Notes: generated from the sequence alone by a model not told the origin. DNA of 64,000 nucleotides from an uncultured Clostridia bacterium (GCA_947626735.1 CANQTK010000003.1:8952-72951); one strand, 5' to 3'. Counted from the stretch's first letter, positions 33,052 to 43,462 are shown. A program made the numbers and translations.

Positions 33052-33096
33052 TTTAGGATTACACCTCCTCTTTTTATTTGTTGGGATTTTCCCTTA

Positions 33097-33588
33097 TTAT
33101 AAAATTTCTTCTACTTTCTTTCCTCTTTTTGCTGCAACTTGCTCAATGGTTTGCATTTTCTTTAAACCTTCCATGGTAGCATATACTACGTTTCTTGGGT
33201 TATTGGTTCCTAATACTTTTGTACGGATGTCTTTGTATCCTGCAAGTTCAATAACTGGTCTTACGCTTCCTCCTGCTATGATTCCAGTACCTTCTGCTGC
33301 TGGTTTTAGCATAACGTTTGCGCTACCAAATTTTCCAATATATTCATGTGGTATGGTAGTTCCTACAATTGGAACTTCAATTAAGTTCTTCTTTGCTTCT
33401 TGAATTGCTTTCTTGATAGCATCTGGAACTTCTGCTGCTTTTCCGTTTCCTACACCTACGTGTCCTGCTTCGTCTCCTACAACAACAACTGCACTAAAAC
33501 GGAATGTTCTACCACCTTTTACAACTTTTGCAACTCGATTAATTGCAACGACCTTTTCTTTTAATTCTGGTGTATTTTCTTCGTGCAC
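33097..33588 (-). CDS. rpsE: 30S ribosomal protein S5
   Basis: [12 protein letters not shown]; GTG start at 33588 after an SD. Confidence 0.98.
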   Translation of the reverse strand: MHEENTPELKEKVVAINRVAKVVKGGRTFRFSAVVVVGDEAGHVGVGNGKAAEVPDAIKKAIQEAKKNLIEVPIVGTTIPHEYIGKFGSANVMLKPAAEGTGIIAGGSVRPVIELAGYKDIRTKVLGTNNPRNVVYATMEGLKKMQTIEQVAAKRGKKVEEIL

Positions 33589-33615
33589 AGTCTTTTCCCT
33601 CCTTTTTCTTAAGGT

Positions 33616-33708
33616 AAGGGGACACATCTTTACTTTTACGTCACTTCCATAGGGACAAGATATGTCCCCACTATGAATAAGTAATGTCAGTAATTTAATG
33701 TTCTCCTT
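33616..33708 (-). repeat. REP-like family 1, copy B (rplR-rpsE)
   Basis: GGGGACACATCTT...AAGATATGTCCCC. Confidence 0.85.
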
Positions 33709-33731
33709 ATTCTTCATTTTTTCTTTTTTAT

Positions 33732-34091
33732 TTAAAATTCTAATCCTGCTTCTCTTGCAGCTTCTGCTAATTCTTTTACAACGCCATGATAAATATATCC
33801 ACCTCTATCATAAACAACAGATTTAATATTTTTTTCTATGGCTCTTTTTGCGATTAAAGTACCTACTTCTTTTGCTGCTTCTTTATTAGCATGTTTTGTT
33901 TTTACTTCTTTATCTAATGTAGAAGCTTGGCAAAGAGTTGTTCCTTTCACATCATCAATGACTTGAACAAAAAGATTTTTATTACTTCTATAAACACATA
34001 GTCTTGGACGTTCTGCAGTTCCACTAATTTTTGTACGAACCCTAATATGTCTTCTTGTTCTTTCTACTTTACGATTTACTTTCGTAATCAT
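33732..34091 (-). CDS. rplR: 50S ribosomal protein L18
   Basis: [28 protein letters not shown]. Confidence 0.99.
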   Translation of the reverse strand: MITKVNRKVERTRRHIRVRTKISGTAERPRLCVYRSNKNLFVQVIDDVKGTTLCQASTLDKEVKTKHANKEAAKEVGTLIAKRAIEKNIKSVVYDRGGYIYHGVVKELAEAAREAGLEF

Positions 34092-34153
34092 TGTTTTCTC
34101 CTTTCTACTAATGTAACAGCATTAGTAATTTAGATTGTTTTATAAGTTATTAT

Positions 34154-34278
34154 GAAACAAAGCAAAAGTGGTATATTGCTAGGAAAGCAAATAAAAATTT
34201 TTGAGATAATACGAGTTTGTATATCGAAAAAATTTTTATGCAGCTTGACAACGCAAGATGCCGCTTTTCATTTGTTTC
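34154..34278. repeat. Long hairpin repeat family 2, copy 1 (rplF-rplR)
   Basis: TTGCTAGG...TTTTTGAG..TAC..GTA..CGAAAAAA...GACAACGCAAGA core enclosed by an outer inverted repeat. Confidence 0.8.
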
Positions 34279-34817
34279 TACTTCTTACCTGCTTTACCTT
34301 CTTTTCTTCTAATATGCTCATCTGCATATTTAATACCTTTACCATGATATACTTCTGGTGGTCTCTTTGTTCTTACTACTGCTGCTGTTTGACCAACTGC
34401 TTCTTTATCAATTCCTTTTACAATAACGGTATTTGGGTTTGGAACATCAAATGTAATACCTGCAGGTTCTTCCATCTCTACTGGATGAGAATAACCTAAA
34501 TTCATTACTAATTTTTTTCCTTGTTTTTGTGCTCTATATCCAACACCAACAATTTGTAATTCTTTTTGATATTCATTACGAACACCTTCTATCATGTTGG
34601 CAATTAAAGTTCTTGTTAATCCATGTAAACTTTTATTTTCTGCTTCATCGTCTGGTCTTGTAATATGAATTACATTTCCTTCAATGGCAACACTCATGTT
34701 TTTGTGGATTTCTCTTTCTAATGTTCCTTTAGGTCCTTTTACCGTTAAATGTGTTCCATCTAGTTTTACTTCTACTCCTTCTGGTACGGTAATAGGTTTA
34801 TTTCCTATTCTTGACAT
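34278..34817 (-). CDS. rplF: 50S ribosomal protein L6
   Basis: MSRIGNKPI, GVGYRA, PEVYHGKGI. Confidence 0.99.
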   Translation of the reverse strand: MSRIGNKPITVPEGVEVKLDGTHLTVKGPKGTLEREIHKNMSVAIEGNVIHITRPDDEAENKSLHGLTRTLIANMIEGVRNEYQKELQIVGVGYRAQKQGKKLVMNLGYSHPVEMEEPAGITFDVPNPNTVIVKGIDKEAVGQTAAVVRTKRPPEVYHGKGIKYADEHIRRKEGKAGKK

Positions 34818-34843
34818 GACTGGTTTTCCTCCTTTTCTTCTAA

Positions 34844-34943
34844 TGACAGGGGACACATCTTACCTCTTAGTCACTTTCACTTTGGGTTAAGGTATATCCC
34901 CTACCCTTGTGAATTAATGTTCAAATGTTTTACCAATTCCCCT
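34844..34943 (-). repeat. REP-like family 1, copy C (rpsH-rplF)
   Basis: TGACAGGGGACACATCTTACC...AAGGTATATCCCCTAC. Confidence 0.85.
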
Positions 34944-34955
34944 ATTGATTTTCTA

Positions 34956-35354
34956 CTACCACACATAGGCTAGTACTTCTCCACCTAAACCTTCATTTCT
35001 TGCTTCTTTATCCGTTTTAATTCCTTTTGAAGTAGAAATTAAGGCTATTCCTAGTCCATTTAATACTTGTGGTAATTCGTCCTTTGATGCATATACCCTT
35101 AATCCTGGTTTGCTAATTCTCTTTATTCCATCGATTACTTTAGCACCTTTTTCATCATATTTTAAGGTAATTCTAATCATTCCCTGTGCCTCATCTTTGA
35201 TTTCTTCAAATGCTTTGATATATCCTTCTTCAAATAGAATTTTAGCAATTGCTTTTTTCATATTAGAAGATGGAACATCAACAGTTTTATGTTTTGAACT
35301 ATTGGCATTTCTAATTCTTGTTAGCATATCTGCTATTGGGTCTGTTGTATTCAT
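34956..35354 (-). CDS. rpsH: 30S ribosomal protein S8
   Basis: [30 protein letters not shown]. Confidence 0.99.
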   Translation of the reverse strand: MNTTDPIADMLTRIRNANSSKHKTVDVPSSNMKKAIAKILFEEGYIKAFEEIKDEAQGMIRITLKYDEKGAKVIDGIKRISKPGLRVYASKDELPQVLNGLGIALISTSKGIKTDKEARNEGLGGEVLAYVW

Positions 35355-35395
35355 ATTCAATATTTCCCTCCTTTTTCCCTGTTTTATCATTTATT

Positions 35396-35581
35396 CTACC
35401 AACTTGCTTTTTTTACTCCAGGAATTTCACCTTTATGTGCTAATTCTCTAAAACATACACGGCAAATTCCATATTTTCTAATATAAGCATGTGGTCTTCC
35501 ACAAAGTTTGCATCGATTATATTCTCTTGTTTTGTATTTTTGTTCTCTTGCTTGCTTTACTTTTAAAGATTTCTTAGCCAT
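35396..35581 (-). CDS. rpsZ: 30S ribosomal protein S14, Zn-binding type
   Basis: [29 protein letters not shown]. Confidence 0.98.
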   Translation of the reverse strand: MAKKSLKVKQAREQKYKTREYNRCKLCGRPHAYIRKYGICRVCFRELAHKGEIPGVKKASW

Positions 35582-35606
35582 TAGCTATTTTCTCCTTTCA
35601 CTAGTT

Positions 35607-35704
35607 TGACAGGGGACAACTACTGCCTTTTGGTCACTCTCATTTGGGATAAGGTATTTTTCCTACCTTTATGAATGAATGTTCAAATGGTTTTTTATCC
35701 TCCT
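35607..35704 (-). repeat. REP-like family 1, copy D (rplE-rpsZ), degenerate stem
   Basis: TGACAGGGGAC...GGTCACTCTCATTTGGGATAAGGTA...TGAATGTTCAAA. Confidence 0.8.
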
Positions 35705-35715
35705 GCTATTTCATT

Positions 35716-36258
35716 TTAATTTTTAAATGGCATTCCTAATAATGTTAATAATTCTCTTGCTTCTTCGTCTGTCTTAGCGGTAGTAACAAATATAATATCC
35801 ATACCTCTAATTTTGTCTACTTTATCATATTCGATTTCAGGGAAGATTAATTGTTCTTTTACACCCATAGAGTAGTTTCCTCTACCATCAAAAGAATTTT
35901 TAGATACTCCTCTAAAATCTCTTACTCTTGGAAGTGCTACATTAAATAATTTATAAGCAAAATCATACATTTTTCCTTGTCTTAATGTAACTTTACATCC
36001 CATGTTAACGCCTTCTCTAATTTTGAAAGCAGCAATTGCTTTCTTTGCTTTTGTTATAATTGGTGTTTGACCAGTGATTATTTTAATATCATTGATAGCG
36101 TTTTCTAATGATTTTGGATTGTCTTTAATATCTCCTAATCCGACATTAATTACTATTTTTTCTAATTTTGGAACTTCCATTACTGATTTATAATTAAATT
36201 TTTTCATTAATGCTGGAATGACTTCTTTTTGATATTGTTCTTTTAATATTTCCATCAT
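35716..36258 (-). CDS. rplE: 50S ribosomal protein L5
   Basis: [29 protein letters not shown]. Confidence 0.99.
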   Translation of the reverse strand: MMEILKEQYQKEVIPALMKKFNYKSVMEVPKLEKIVINVGLGDIKDNPKSLENAINDIKIITGQTPIITKAKKAIAAFKIREGVNMGCKVTLRQGKMYDFAYKLFNVALPRVRDFRGVSKNSFDGRGNYSMGVKEQLIFPEIEYDKVDKIRGMDIIFVTTAKTDEEARELLTLLGMPFKN

Positions 36259-36280
36259 TTATGTATTTCCTCCTTTCATT

Positions 36281-36378
36281 TGACAGGGGACACATCTTAC
36301 CTCTTGGTCACTTTCACTTGGGCTAAGGTATGTCCCCTCCCCTCGTGATTAAGTGTTCAAGTAGTTTTAATGTCCTTC
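36281..36378 (-). repeat. REP-like family 1, copy E (rplX-rplE)
   Basis: TGACAGGGGACACATCTTACC...AAGGTATGTCCCCTCC. Confidence 0.87.
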
Positions 36379-36687
36379 TTATTTTAGTTTGGTGTTGCAC
36401 TTTTTACAAACACGTACTTTTTCATCTTTTTCTATTTGATAACCAATTTTGGTAGCCTTTCCACATTTAGGGCAAACTACGTTTACTTTACTTGCGTGAA
36501 TAGCACATTCTACTGGTATAATACCGCCTTCTTCACCTTGTTTTCTTGGTTTTACATGTTTTTTTCTAACATTGATACCTTTTACTATAATCTTCTGCGT
36601 TTTTGGTATTACTTCTAGTACTTCTCCTGTTTTCCCTTTATCATTTCCAGATAAAACTTTGACATTATCGCCTTTTTTTATTTTCAT
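36379..36687 (-). CDS. rplX: 50S ribosomal protein L24
   Basis: KKGDNVKVLSGNDKGKTG. Confidence 0.99.
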   Translation of the reverse strand: MKIKKGDNVKVLSGNDKGKTGEVLEVIPKTQKIIVKGINVRKKHVKPRKQGEEGGIIPVECAIHASKVNVVCPKCGKATKIGYQIEKDEKVRVCKKCNTKLK

Positions 36688-36767
36688 TTTTCTTTTTCAC
36701 CTCTTTTTTAGAATTTTGACTTCTATGAAAGAATTTTTAATTTACAATTTGTATCTTTTCTTATCTT

Positions 36768-37136
36768 TTAAAGTACTTCTGGAGCTAAAGATAAAATTTT
36801 CATATAATCTTTATCTCTTAATTCTCTAGCAACAGGGCCAAAAATACGAGTTCCTCTTGGGTTTTTATCTTCTCTTATAATGACTGCTGCATTTTCGTCA
36901 AATCTTACATAGGATCCATCTGCTCTTCGAATTGGTTTCTTTGTTCTTACTACTACTGCTTTTACAACGTCACCTTTTTTAACAACTCCGCCAGGTGTTG
37001 CTGTTTTAACAGAAGCAACAATGACATCACCAACACCAGCATATTTACGATAAGATCCACCTAAACATCTGATGCACATAATCTCTTTTGCACCAGTGTT
37101 ATCCGCTACTTTTAATATGGATTGTTGTTGTACCAT
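36768..37136 (-). CDS. rplN: 50S ribosomal protein L14
   Basis: [28 protein letters not shown]. Confidence 0.99.
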   Translation of the reverse strand: MVQQQSILKVADNTGAKEIMCIRCLGGSYRKYAGVGDVIVASVKTATPGGVVKKGDVVKAVVVRTKKPIRRADGSYVRFDENAAVIIREDKNPRGTRIFGPVARELRDKDYMKILSLAPEVL

Positions 37137-37180
37137 TTTTCGCTTTTCCTCCTTTTACTAATGTTCTCCTATTTTTAATT

Positions 37181-37444
37181 TTATTTAATAATAGCCTTTT
37201 CTACTATTTTTACCACTCTAAATCTTTTATCTTTAGATAAAGGTCTTGTTTCCATGACTTGTACCTTATCGCCAATTCCACATTCATTGTTTTCATCATG
37301 TGCTTTTAAGGTATAAGTTTTCTTTTGAATTTTTCCGTAAGTTTTATGTTTTTCGTTCGTCTCTACGGCTACTACTACAGTTTTATCCATCTTATTTGAT
37401 TTTACAATGCCTGTAAATGTTTTACGAAGATTTCTTTCTTCCAT
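37181..37444 (-). CDS. rpsQ: 30S ribosomal protein S17
   Basis: [19 protein letters not shown]. Confidence 0.99.
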   Translation of the reverse strand: MEERNLRKTFTGIVKSNKMDKTVVVAVETNEKHKTYGKIQKKTYTLKAHDENNECGIGDKVQVMETRPLSKDKRFRVVKIVEKAIIK

Positions 37445-37470
37445 TCTTAAATCTCCTTTCTTTCCTTATT

Positions 37471-37569
37471 TGTCAGGGGACGCATCTTTCTTTTTGGTCA
37501 CTTCCACTTGGGCTAAGGTATGTCCCCTCCCCTTGTGATTAAGTGTTCCAATTGTTTTAATGTTCTCCT
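37471..37569 (-). repeat. REP-like family 1, copy F (rpmC-rpsQ)
   Basis: Nearly identical to copy E. Confidence 0.87.
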
Positions 37570-37770
37570 TTATTTATTGTCTTCTAATTTTCTTTCTGTT
37601 AATACAGTATTAATTTTTGCAATGTCTTTTTTCACTTCTTTAATTTTCATAGGATTATCTAATCCATTTGTTGCTAAACTAAATCTTAGTTTGAATAATT
37701 CCGATTTCAATTCTCCTAATTCTTTTTCTAGATCTGGTGAAGACATTTTTCTTATTTCATTAATCTTCAT
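37570..37770 (-). CDS. rpmC: 50S ribosomal protein L29
   Basis: [27 protein letters not shown]. Confidence 0.97.
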   Translation of the reverse strand: MKINEIRKMSSPDLEKELGELKSELFKLRFSLATNGLDNPMKIKEVKKDIAKINTVLTERKLEDNK

Positions 37771-38200
37771 CACTCTCACCACCTATTTCAGTTTCTTTTT
37801 TAACAAATTTACACTTAACAGATAGTTTATTTCCAGCAAGTCTTAGTGCTTCTCTTGCTGCTTCTTCAGGTACTCCTGCTATTTCAAACATAACTCTTCC
37901 TGGTTTTACGGCTGCTACCCAATATTCTACTGCTCCTTTTCCTTTACCCATACGAGTTTCTGCTGGTTTCTTTGTTATTGGCTTATCTGGGAAGATTTTA
38001 ATCCAAACCTTTCCTCCTCTTTTAATATAACGAGTCATAGCAACACGGGCAGATTCAATTTGGTTTGTTGTAATTAAACCTGCTTCTAATGCTTGAAGTC
38101 CAAATTCACCATCTGATACATAATTTCCTCTTGTTGCTTTTCCTCTATTTCTACCTTTTTGTTGTTTTCTATATTTGGTTCTTTTTGGCATTAATGGCAT
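37760..38200 (-). CDS. rplP: 50S ribosomal protein L16
   Basis: [20 protein letters not shown]. Confidence 0.99.
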   Translation of the reverse strand: MPLMPKRTKYRKQQKGRNRGKATRGNYVSDGEFGLQALEAGLITTNQIESARVAMTRYIKRGGKVWIKIFPDKPITKKPAETRMGKGKGAVEYWVAAVKPGRVMFEIAGVPEEAAREALRLAGNKLSVKCKFVKKETEIGGESDED

Positions 38201-38859
38201 TATTTGTCTCCTCCTTCCACTTTCTTTTTCGTTGGAAGAACTTCTCCTTTATAAATCCAAACTTTGACACCGATTTTTCCATATGTGGTATCTGCTTCTG
38301 CAAATCCATAGTCAATATCAGCTCTTAAAGTTTGAAGTGGTATGGTTCCTTCTTTATAGAACTCAGTTCTTGCCATGTCTGCTCCACCTAATCTTCCAGA
38401 TACTGCAGTTTTAATTCCTAAAGCACCTGCTTTCATTGTTTTTTGCATACATTGTTTCATCGCTCTACGGAAGGAAATTCTTCTTTCTAGTTGTCCTGCG
38501 ATGTTTTCTGCAACTAATTGTGCATTTACATCTACATCTTTTACTTCAACGATATTTAAATTTACTTCTTTTCCTATCATTTTTTGTAATTCATTTTTTA
38601 ATGTTTCTGCTAAGTTTCCACCTTTACCAATGACTAATCCTGGTTTTGCTGTGTAAACATTCACTTTTACAAATTTAGCAGTTCTTTCAATTTCAATTCT
38701 TGAAATTCCGCTAATATATAATTTTTTCTTTACATACTCACGAATTTTGTGATCTTCTACTAGGTAGTTTGCAAATTCTTTTTTGTTTGCATACCATTTT
38801 GAGTCCCAGTCTTTAATTACACCAACTCTTAATCCATGAGGATCCATTTTTTGTCCCAT
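38200..38859 (-). CDS. rpsC: 30S ribosomal protein S3
   Basis: [27 protein letters not shown]. Confidence 0.99.
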   Translation of the reverse strand: MGQKMDPHGLRVGVIKDWDSKWYANKKEFANYLVEDHKIREYVKKKLYISGISRIEIERTAKFVKVNVYTAKPGLVIGKGGNLAETLKNELQKMIGKEVNLNIVEVKDVDVNAQLVAENIAGQLERRISFRRAMKQCMQKTMKAGALGIKTAVSGRLGGADMARTEFYKEGTIPLQTLRADIDYGFAEADTTYGKIGVKVWIYKGEVLPTKKKVEGGDK

Positions 38860-38879
38860 TGTATATAAGCTCCTTTCTA

Positions 38880-39248
38880 TTAATCTCTTTCTCTTAATAC
38901 GATTGTAATATGGCTTGTTCTTTTACGAATTCTAACAGCAGAACCTTTTGCAGCTGGTCTAATTCTTTTTAAAGTTGGACCTTGGTTTGCATATACTTCT
39001 GCAACGTATAGTTTTTCATGTGCCATATGATGATTGTTTTCAGCGTTTGCAATAGCTGATTTTAATAATTTTTCTACTATTTCAGAGGCAGCCTTTGGTG
39101 TAAATTTTACGATAGCTAATGCTTCGTCTACACTTTTTCCTCTAATTAAATCGATGACGATTTTTACTTTTCTACTTGAAATTCTAGCATATTTAAGAGT
39201 TGCTGCGGCTTCTGGAATAATAACTTCTTGCATTTCTTCTTTTTCCAC
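38880..39248 (-). CDS. rplV: 50S ribosomal protein L22
   Basis: [27 protein letters not shown]; GTG start after AAGGAGG. Confidence 0.98.
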   Translation of the reverse strand: MEKEEMQEVIIPEAAATLKYARISSRKVKIVIDLIRGKSVDEALAIVKFTPKAASEIVEKLLKSAIANAENNHHMAHEKLYVAEVYANQGPTLKRIRPAAKGSAVRIRKRTSHITIVLRERD

Positions 39249-39266
39249 GTTATTTTCCTCCTTAAT

Positions 39267-39367
39267 TGTCAGGGGACACACCTTTTTTATTTTGTCACTT
39301 CCACTCGGGTTTAAGGAATGTCCCCTCCCCTTGTGAATTAGTGTTCAAATATTTTTGGTGTTCTCCT
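39267..39367 (-). repeat. REP-like family 1, copy G (rpsS-rplV)
   Basis: TGTCAGGGGACACACCTT...AAGGAATGTCCCCTCC. Confidence 0.85.
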
Positions 39368-39379
39368 TATTTTTATTTT

Positions 39380-39661
39380 TTATTGTTTTGTTGTGGTTGT
39401 TTTCTCTCCTGCATGACCTTTAAAAGTTCTTGTTGGAGCGAATTCTCCTAATTTATGACCTATCATTTCTTCTGTAATATAAACTGGCACATGTTTTCTA
39501 CCATCATGAACAGCGATTGTGTGTCCTACCATTTGAGGGTATATAGTAGAAGCTCTTGACCATGTTTTTAATACTTCTTTTGCTCCTGTTTCGTTCATTG
39601 CTTCAATTCTTTTTAATAGTTCTGGAGCAACAAATGGAGTCTTTTTACTTGATCTTGACAT
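39380..39661 (-). CDS. rpsS: 30S ribosomal protein S19
   Basis: [18 protein letters not shown]. Confidence 0.99.
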   Translation of the reverse strand: MSRSSKKTPFVAPELLKRIEAMNETGAKEVLKTWSRASTIYPQMVGHTIAVHDGRKHVPVYITEEMIGHKLGEFAPTRTFKGHAGEKTTTTKQ

Positions 39662-39677
39662 ATCTTATTTTCCCTCC

Positions 39678-40505
39678 TTATTTTCTTCTCTTAACAATCA
39701 TTTTGTTCGATTGTTTATTTTTCTTTCTCGTCTTGTATCCTAGAGCTGGTTTACCCCAAGGTGTCATTGGTCCTGCGTGTCCTACTGGAGCTCTACCTTC
39801 ACCACCACCATGAGGGTGATCTACTGGGTTCATAACAGAACCTCTAACGGTTGGACGAATTCCTAAATGTCTTGTTTTTCCAGCTTTACCAAGTTTTACG
39901 TTTTCATGGTCTGTATTTCCTACCGTTCCGATAGTTGCTCTACATCTTGTCATAACTAATCTCATTTCTCCAGATGGAAGTCTTATGTGAGCATAATTTC
40001 CTTCTTTCGCCATTAATTGTGCTTCTTGACCAGCTGCTCTTACCATTTTTCCACCTTGACCTGGATTTAACTCGATGTTATGAATCATAGTACCTACTGG
40101 AATTGCTTCGATTGGCATTGCATTTCCTGGTTTTATATCTGCTTTTTCTCCAGATACTACTTTGTCACCATCCGTTAATCCTACTGGTGCTAAGATGTAA
40201 CTTAAAGTTCCATCTTCATATTTAATTAAAGCGATGTTAGCACTTCTGTTTGGGTCATATTCGATACCTACTACAGTTGCTTCCATATCATCTTTGTTTC
40301 TTTTAAAATCAATTACTCTATATTTTTGTCTATTTCCTCCACCTTGGTGACGAACGGTTACTCTACCATAAGAGTTTCTTCCTGCTTTTTCTTTCTTTAC
40401 TGTTAATAAAGATTTTTCAGGAGTTTTTTTGGTAATTTCGTCAAATGTAGAAACTGTTGTGTTTCTTAATGATGGGGTTGTTGGTCTAAAGTGTTTCATT
40501 CCCAT
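39678..40505 (-). CDS. rplB: 50S ribosomal protein L2
   Basis: [21 protein letters not shown]. Confidence 0.99.
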   Translation of the reverse strand: MGMKHFRPTTPSLRNTTVSTFDEITKKTPEKSLLTVKKEKAGRNSYGRVTVRHQGGGNRQKYRVIDFKRNKDDMEATVVGIEYDPNRSANIALIKYEDGTLSYILAPVGLTDGDKVVSGEKADIKPGNAMPIEAIPVGTMIHNIELNPGQGGKMVRAAGQEAQLMAKEGNYAHIRLPSGEMRLVMTRCRATIGTVGNTDHENVKLGKAGKTRHLGIRPTVRGSVMNPVDHPHGGGEGRAPVGHAGPMTPWGKPALGYKTRKKNKQSNKMIVKRRK

Positions 40506-40515
40506 TATTCTTTTC

Positions 40516-40635
40516 GAAACTTTGAAAAACTTCGTCTTGCGTTGTCAGATTTCAAAATTATTTTTTCGACATACAGATGTATAGTCTCAAAAATATTTTC
40601 TCATCTTCCTAGCAATACTCGTTTTTGAAAGTTTC
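40516..40635. repeat. Long hairpin repeat family 2, copy 2 (opposite orientation), directly upstream of rplB
   Basis: Homologous to copy 1; outer 15-bp stem with one mismatch. Confidence 0.8.
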
Positions 40636-40730
40636 TCTCCTTTCTTACTTTTATTTTTATTGTAGTTTTTTTCCCGGTCCACTTCCGGCTATTCTTTCTT
40701 TTCCGAGTGATTTCTCGATAAAATTTTTAT

Positions 40731-40901
40731 TTATCTTTCTTCTCTTGTAAAAATTTTTTCTCCATTTTCAAATCTTTCTAGTGCTTTGTCAAATATTTCT
40801 TCTTGATTTTCTGGTGGTAAACAATATTTTGCTATAAATCCATCTTCTGGAATTCTATTTCTTTCTAAAAATTCTTTTCTTTTTTCACTTGTTTCACTCA
40901 T
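40731..40901 (-). CDS. Small hypothetical protein, 56 aa, inside the S10 operon
   Basis: Manual translation MSETSEKRKEFLERNRIPEDGFIAKYCLPPENQEEIFDKALERFENGEKIFTREER; SD AGGTGA. Confidence 0.6.
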   Translation of the reverse strand: MSETSEKRKEFLERNRIPEDGFIAKYCLPPENQEEIFDKALERFENGEKIFTREER

Positions 40902-40928
40902 ATTTTTCACCTACTTCTATTTTTAGAT

Positions 40929-41050
40929 AAACGAATCAAAATTAGTAGATTGCTAGGCAAATTTAATAATTAACACCTGAGGCGTACGTGTGTACGTTGA
41001 AGGTTTAATTATTAAATTTAACGACGCAAGATGCTGATTTTCATTCGTTT
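40929..41050. repeat. Long hairpin repeat family 2, copy 3
   Basis: TTGCTAGGC-AAATTTAATAATTAA..TGAGGCGTAC-GTGT-GTACGTTGAAG..TTAATTATTAAATTT-AACGACGCAAGA. Confidence 0.75.
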
Positions 41051-41053
41051 AGG

Positions 41054-41401
41054 TTATGCTCCCATGAATTCATCAATTGAATCTTTATATTTCTTTGTCA
41101 TTTTTGTAGCTTTTCCGCCTTTAGCAAGATATGTTTTTTCAGCTGGATTGGTATCGATGGTTACAATTGCTTTTTTCCAATCTGATGTTTTTCCTTCATA
41201 TCTTCCCATTCTTTTCATTTTTCCTTTTACCGTAACCGTATTTACTTTTAATACTTTTACTTCAAATAATTTTTCTACTGCATTTGCAATATCAACTTTT
41301 GTTGCTTTTTTGTTTACTTCAAAAGTGTATTTTCCTTCTTGCATTCCATCATTACTTTTTTCTGTGATAACAGGTGCAATGATAATATCTTCTGGTTTCA
41401 T
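41054..41401 (-). CDS. rplW: 50S ribosomal protein L23 with a C-terminal extension
   Basis: [21 protein letters not shown]. Confidence 0.98.
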   Translation of the reverse strand: MKPEDIIIAPVITEKSNDGMQEGKYTFEVNKKATKVDIANAVEKLFEVKVLKVNTVTVKGKMKRMGRYEGKTSDWKKAIVTIDTNPAEKTYLAKGGKATKMTKKYKDSIDEFMGA

Positions 41402-42024
41402 TATGCATACACCTCCTCTAATTTCTTAACTGTATCTAGAGTCATTACTAAGTTTTTGTATTTTAATAAGTCATATACGTTGATAGTATTTACTAATGTT
41501 GTTTTTACTCCTTCAATGTTTCTTGCAGATTTTTGAACATTTTCGTTCTTTTCTGGTAATAACATTAATGTTTTACCTTCTACTTTTAAATTGTTTAAAA
41601 TCTTAACCATTTCTTTGGTTTTGATTTCTTTTATCTCTAATTTGTCAACTACTACTAATTCATTTTCTAATACTTTTGAGCTTAGCATTGATTTAATCGC
41701 AAGTCTCTTTTCTTTTTTATTTACAGTGTAGCTGTATGAACGTGGTTTTGGTCCTAAAGCGATACCACCTTTAATCCATTGTGGTGCTCTAATAGAACCT
41801 TGTCTTGCTCTACCTGTTCCTTTTTGTCTCCATGGTTTTCTTCCACCACCGCTCACTTCTGATCTTGTCTTAGTACTTTGTGTACCTTGTCTTTGATTTG
41901 CTAAGAAGTTTACAAGTACGCTATGTACGACAGCTTCATTTGGTTCAATTCCAAAAATAGCTTCGTTTAACTCTACTTCTTTTACTTTCTTTCCTTCTAT
42001 ACTATATACGTCTATTTTAGGCAT
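41401..42024 (-). CDS. rplD: 50S ribosomal protein L4
   Basis: [15 protein letters not shown]. Confidence 0.99.
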   Translation of the reverse strand: MPKIDVYSIEGKKVKEVELNEAIFGIEPNEAVVHSVLVNFLANQRQGTQSTKTRSEVSGGGRKPWRQKGTGRARQGSIRAPQWIKGGIALGPKPRSYSYTVNKKEKRLAIKSMLSSKVLENELVVVDKLEIKEIKTKEMVKILNNLKVEGKTLMLLPEKNENVQKSARNIEGVKTTLVNTINVYDLLKYKNLVMTLDTVKKLEEVYA

Positions 42025-42041
42025 TTACTTTTCCTCCTTCC

Positions 42042-42671
42042 TTATGCTTTTACACTTGTTTTTATTTTTAAGATAGCACCTTTTACTCCTGGTACACTAC
42101 CTTTTACTAAAATGACATTTTTATCCATATCAACACGTACTACATCTAAGTTTTGGATGGTAATGGTTTGAACTCCCATATGACCTGGTAATTTCTTTCC
42201 TTTAAATACTCTACCTGGTGTTGAAGTTGGTCCCATTGAACCTGGTCTTCTATGATACATAGAACCATGTCCCATTGGTCCTCTACTTTGACCATGACGT
42301 TTGATAACACCTTGGAAACCTTTTCCTTTTGAAGTTCCTTGAACATCAATTTTATCTCCAGCTACAAAAGTATCGGCTTTAATTTCGTCTCCGACTTTAT
42401 AGCTTTCAATAGAATCTACACGAAATTCTCTTAAATGTTTCTTTGGTGTAACACTTCCTTTTGCATAATGTCCTTTTACTGGTTTGTTTACTTTGTTTTC
42501 TTTGACTTCTCCGAAACCTAATTGAACTGCGTCATATCCGTCTGTTTCTACTGTTTTAACTTGTGCTACAACGCATGGTCCTGCTTCGATAACCGTAACT
42601 GGAATCACTTTTCCTGTTTCATCAAAGATTTGTGTCATTCCTATTTTCTTTCCTATGATTGCTTTTTTCAT
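42042..42671 (-). CDS. rplC: 50S ribosomal protein L3
   Basis: [23 protein letters not shown]. Confidence 0.99.
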   Translation of the reverse strand: MKKAIIGKKIGMTQIFDETGKVIPVTVIEAGPCVVAQVKTVETDGYDAVQLGFGEVKENKVNKPVKGHYAKGSVTPKKHLREFRVDSIESYKVGDEIKADTFVAGDKIDVQGTSKGKGFQGVIKRHGQSRGPMGHGSMYHRRPGSMGPTSTPGRVFKGKKLPGHMGVQTITIQNLDVVRVDMDKNVILVKGSVPGVKGAILKIKTSVKA

Positions 42672-42794
42672 TTTAAAATTCCTCCTATACGATTTTAACC
42701 GCATAAGTTATCTGTAATTTTCTTCTATTTAACAGCTAACTTAACTATTGGCTCGCACTTTTTGTGCTAGCTTGGTTTTGTTGTTTTTGATTTT

Positions 42795-43121
42795 CTACAA
42801 TTTGATTTCAATATCAACACCAGCTGGTAAATCTAATTTCATTAGACTGTCAACTGTTTTTTGTGTTGGATAAAGAATATCAATTAATCTTTTATGTGTT
42901 CTCATTTCAAATTGTTCTCTAGAATCTTTGTCTTTGTGTGGAGAACGTAAGATTGTAACGATTTCTTTTTGTGTTGGTAATGGAATAGGTCCTGAAACTT
43001 TTGAACCTGTTCTTTTAGCTGTTTCTACTATTTGTTCAGCAGACTTTTCTAAAAGTTCAGCATCATAAGCTTTTAGTCTTATTCTCATTTTCTCACTTCC
43101 TACTTTGTTTGATGTTGCCAT
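42795..43121 (-). CDS. rpsJ: 30S ribosomal protein S10
   Basis: [30 protein letters not shown]. Confidence 0.99.
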   Translation of the reverse strand: MATSNKVGSEKMRIRLKAYDAELLEKSAEQIVETAKRTGSKVSGPIPLPTQKEIVTILRSPHKDKDSREQFEMRTHKRLIDILYPTQKTVDSLMKLDLPAGVDIEIKL

Positions 43122-43143
43122 TTGTTTTTCCTCCTTTACTTAA

Positions 43144-43244
43144 TGACAGGGGATGCATCTTTCCTTAACGTCATTTCCACTAGGGATAAGATACATCCCC
43201 TACTTGTGAATAAATGATGTCAGTTTTTATTGCAATCGCCTTCC
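43144..43244 (-). repeat. REP-like family 1, copy H (rpsJ leader)
   Basis: TGACAGGGGATGCATCTT...AAGATACATCCCCTAC. Confidence 0.83.
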
Positions 43245-43329
43245 TAAAATAATTTCTAGCAGAAAGTTTTAAACGCACCCTGGTGTTTCTTTGTTTACCA
43301 ATAGAAAACCCAATGATTGCATGAAAATC

Positions 43330-43462
43330 TTGGGATAAGTGCTTTTCTTTTTTATAAAACTTACCGCCTGGTCTAAGCCATGACATACTCCATAGAAGTT
43401 CCCTCCACCCTACGCATTGTTAGGATGTAGCCACATTCTACTTCATCGCTTTGTTTACATGC
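43330..43462 (-). promoter_or_regulatory. Structured rpsJ (S10) leader
   Basis: GC-richer segment starting GCGATGAAG.AGA just after the promoter, resembling recalled Firmicutes rpsJ leaders. Confidence 0.5.

Noticed and set aside
39267-39367. A 17-aa peptide ([17 protein letters not shown]) encoded by family 1 copy G
   Set aside because: The equivalent frame hits TAA after three codons in copy E, so coding is not conserved
27909-43244. Family 1 repeats as a CRISPR array
   Set aside because: Copies are separated by whole genes, are degenerate and about 95 nt long; no regular spacers and no cas genes
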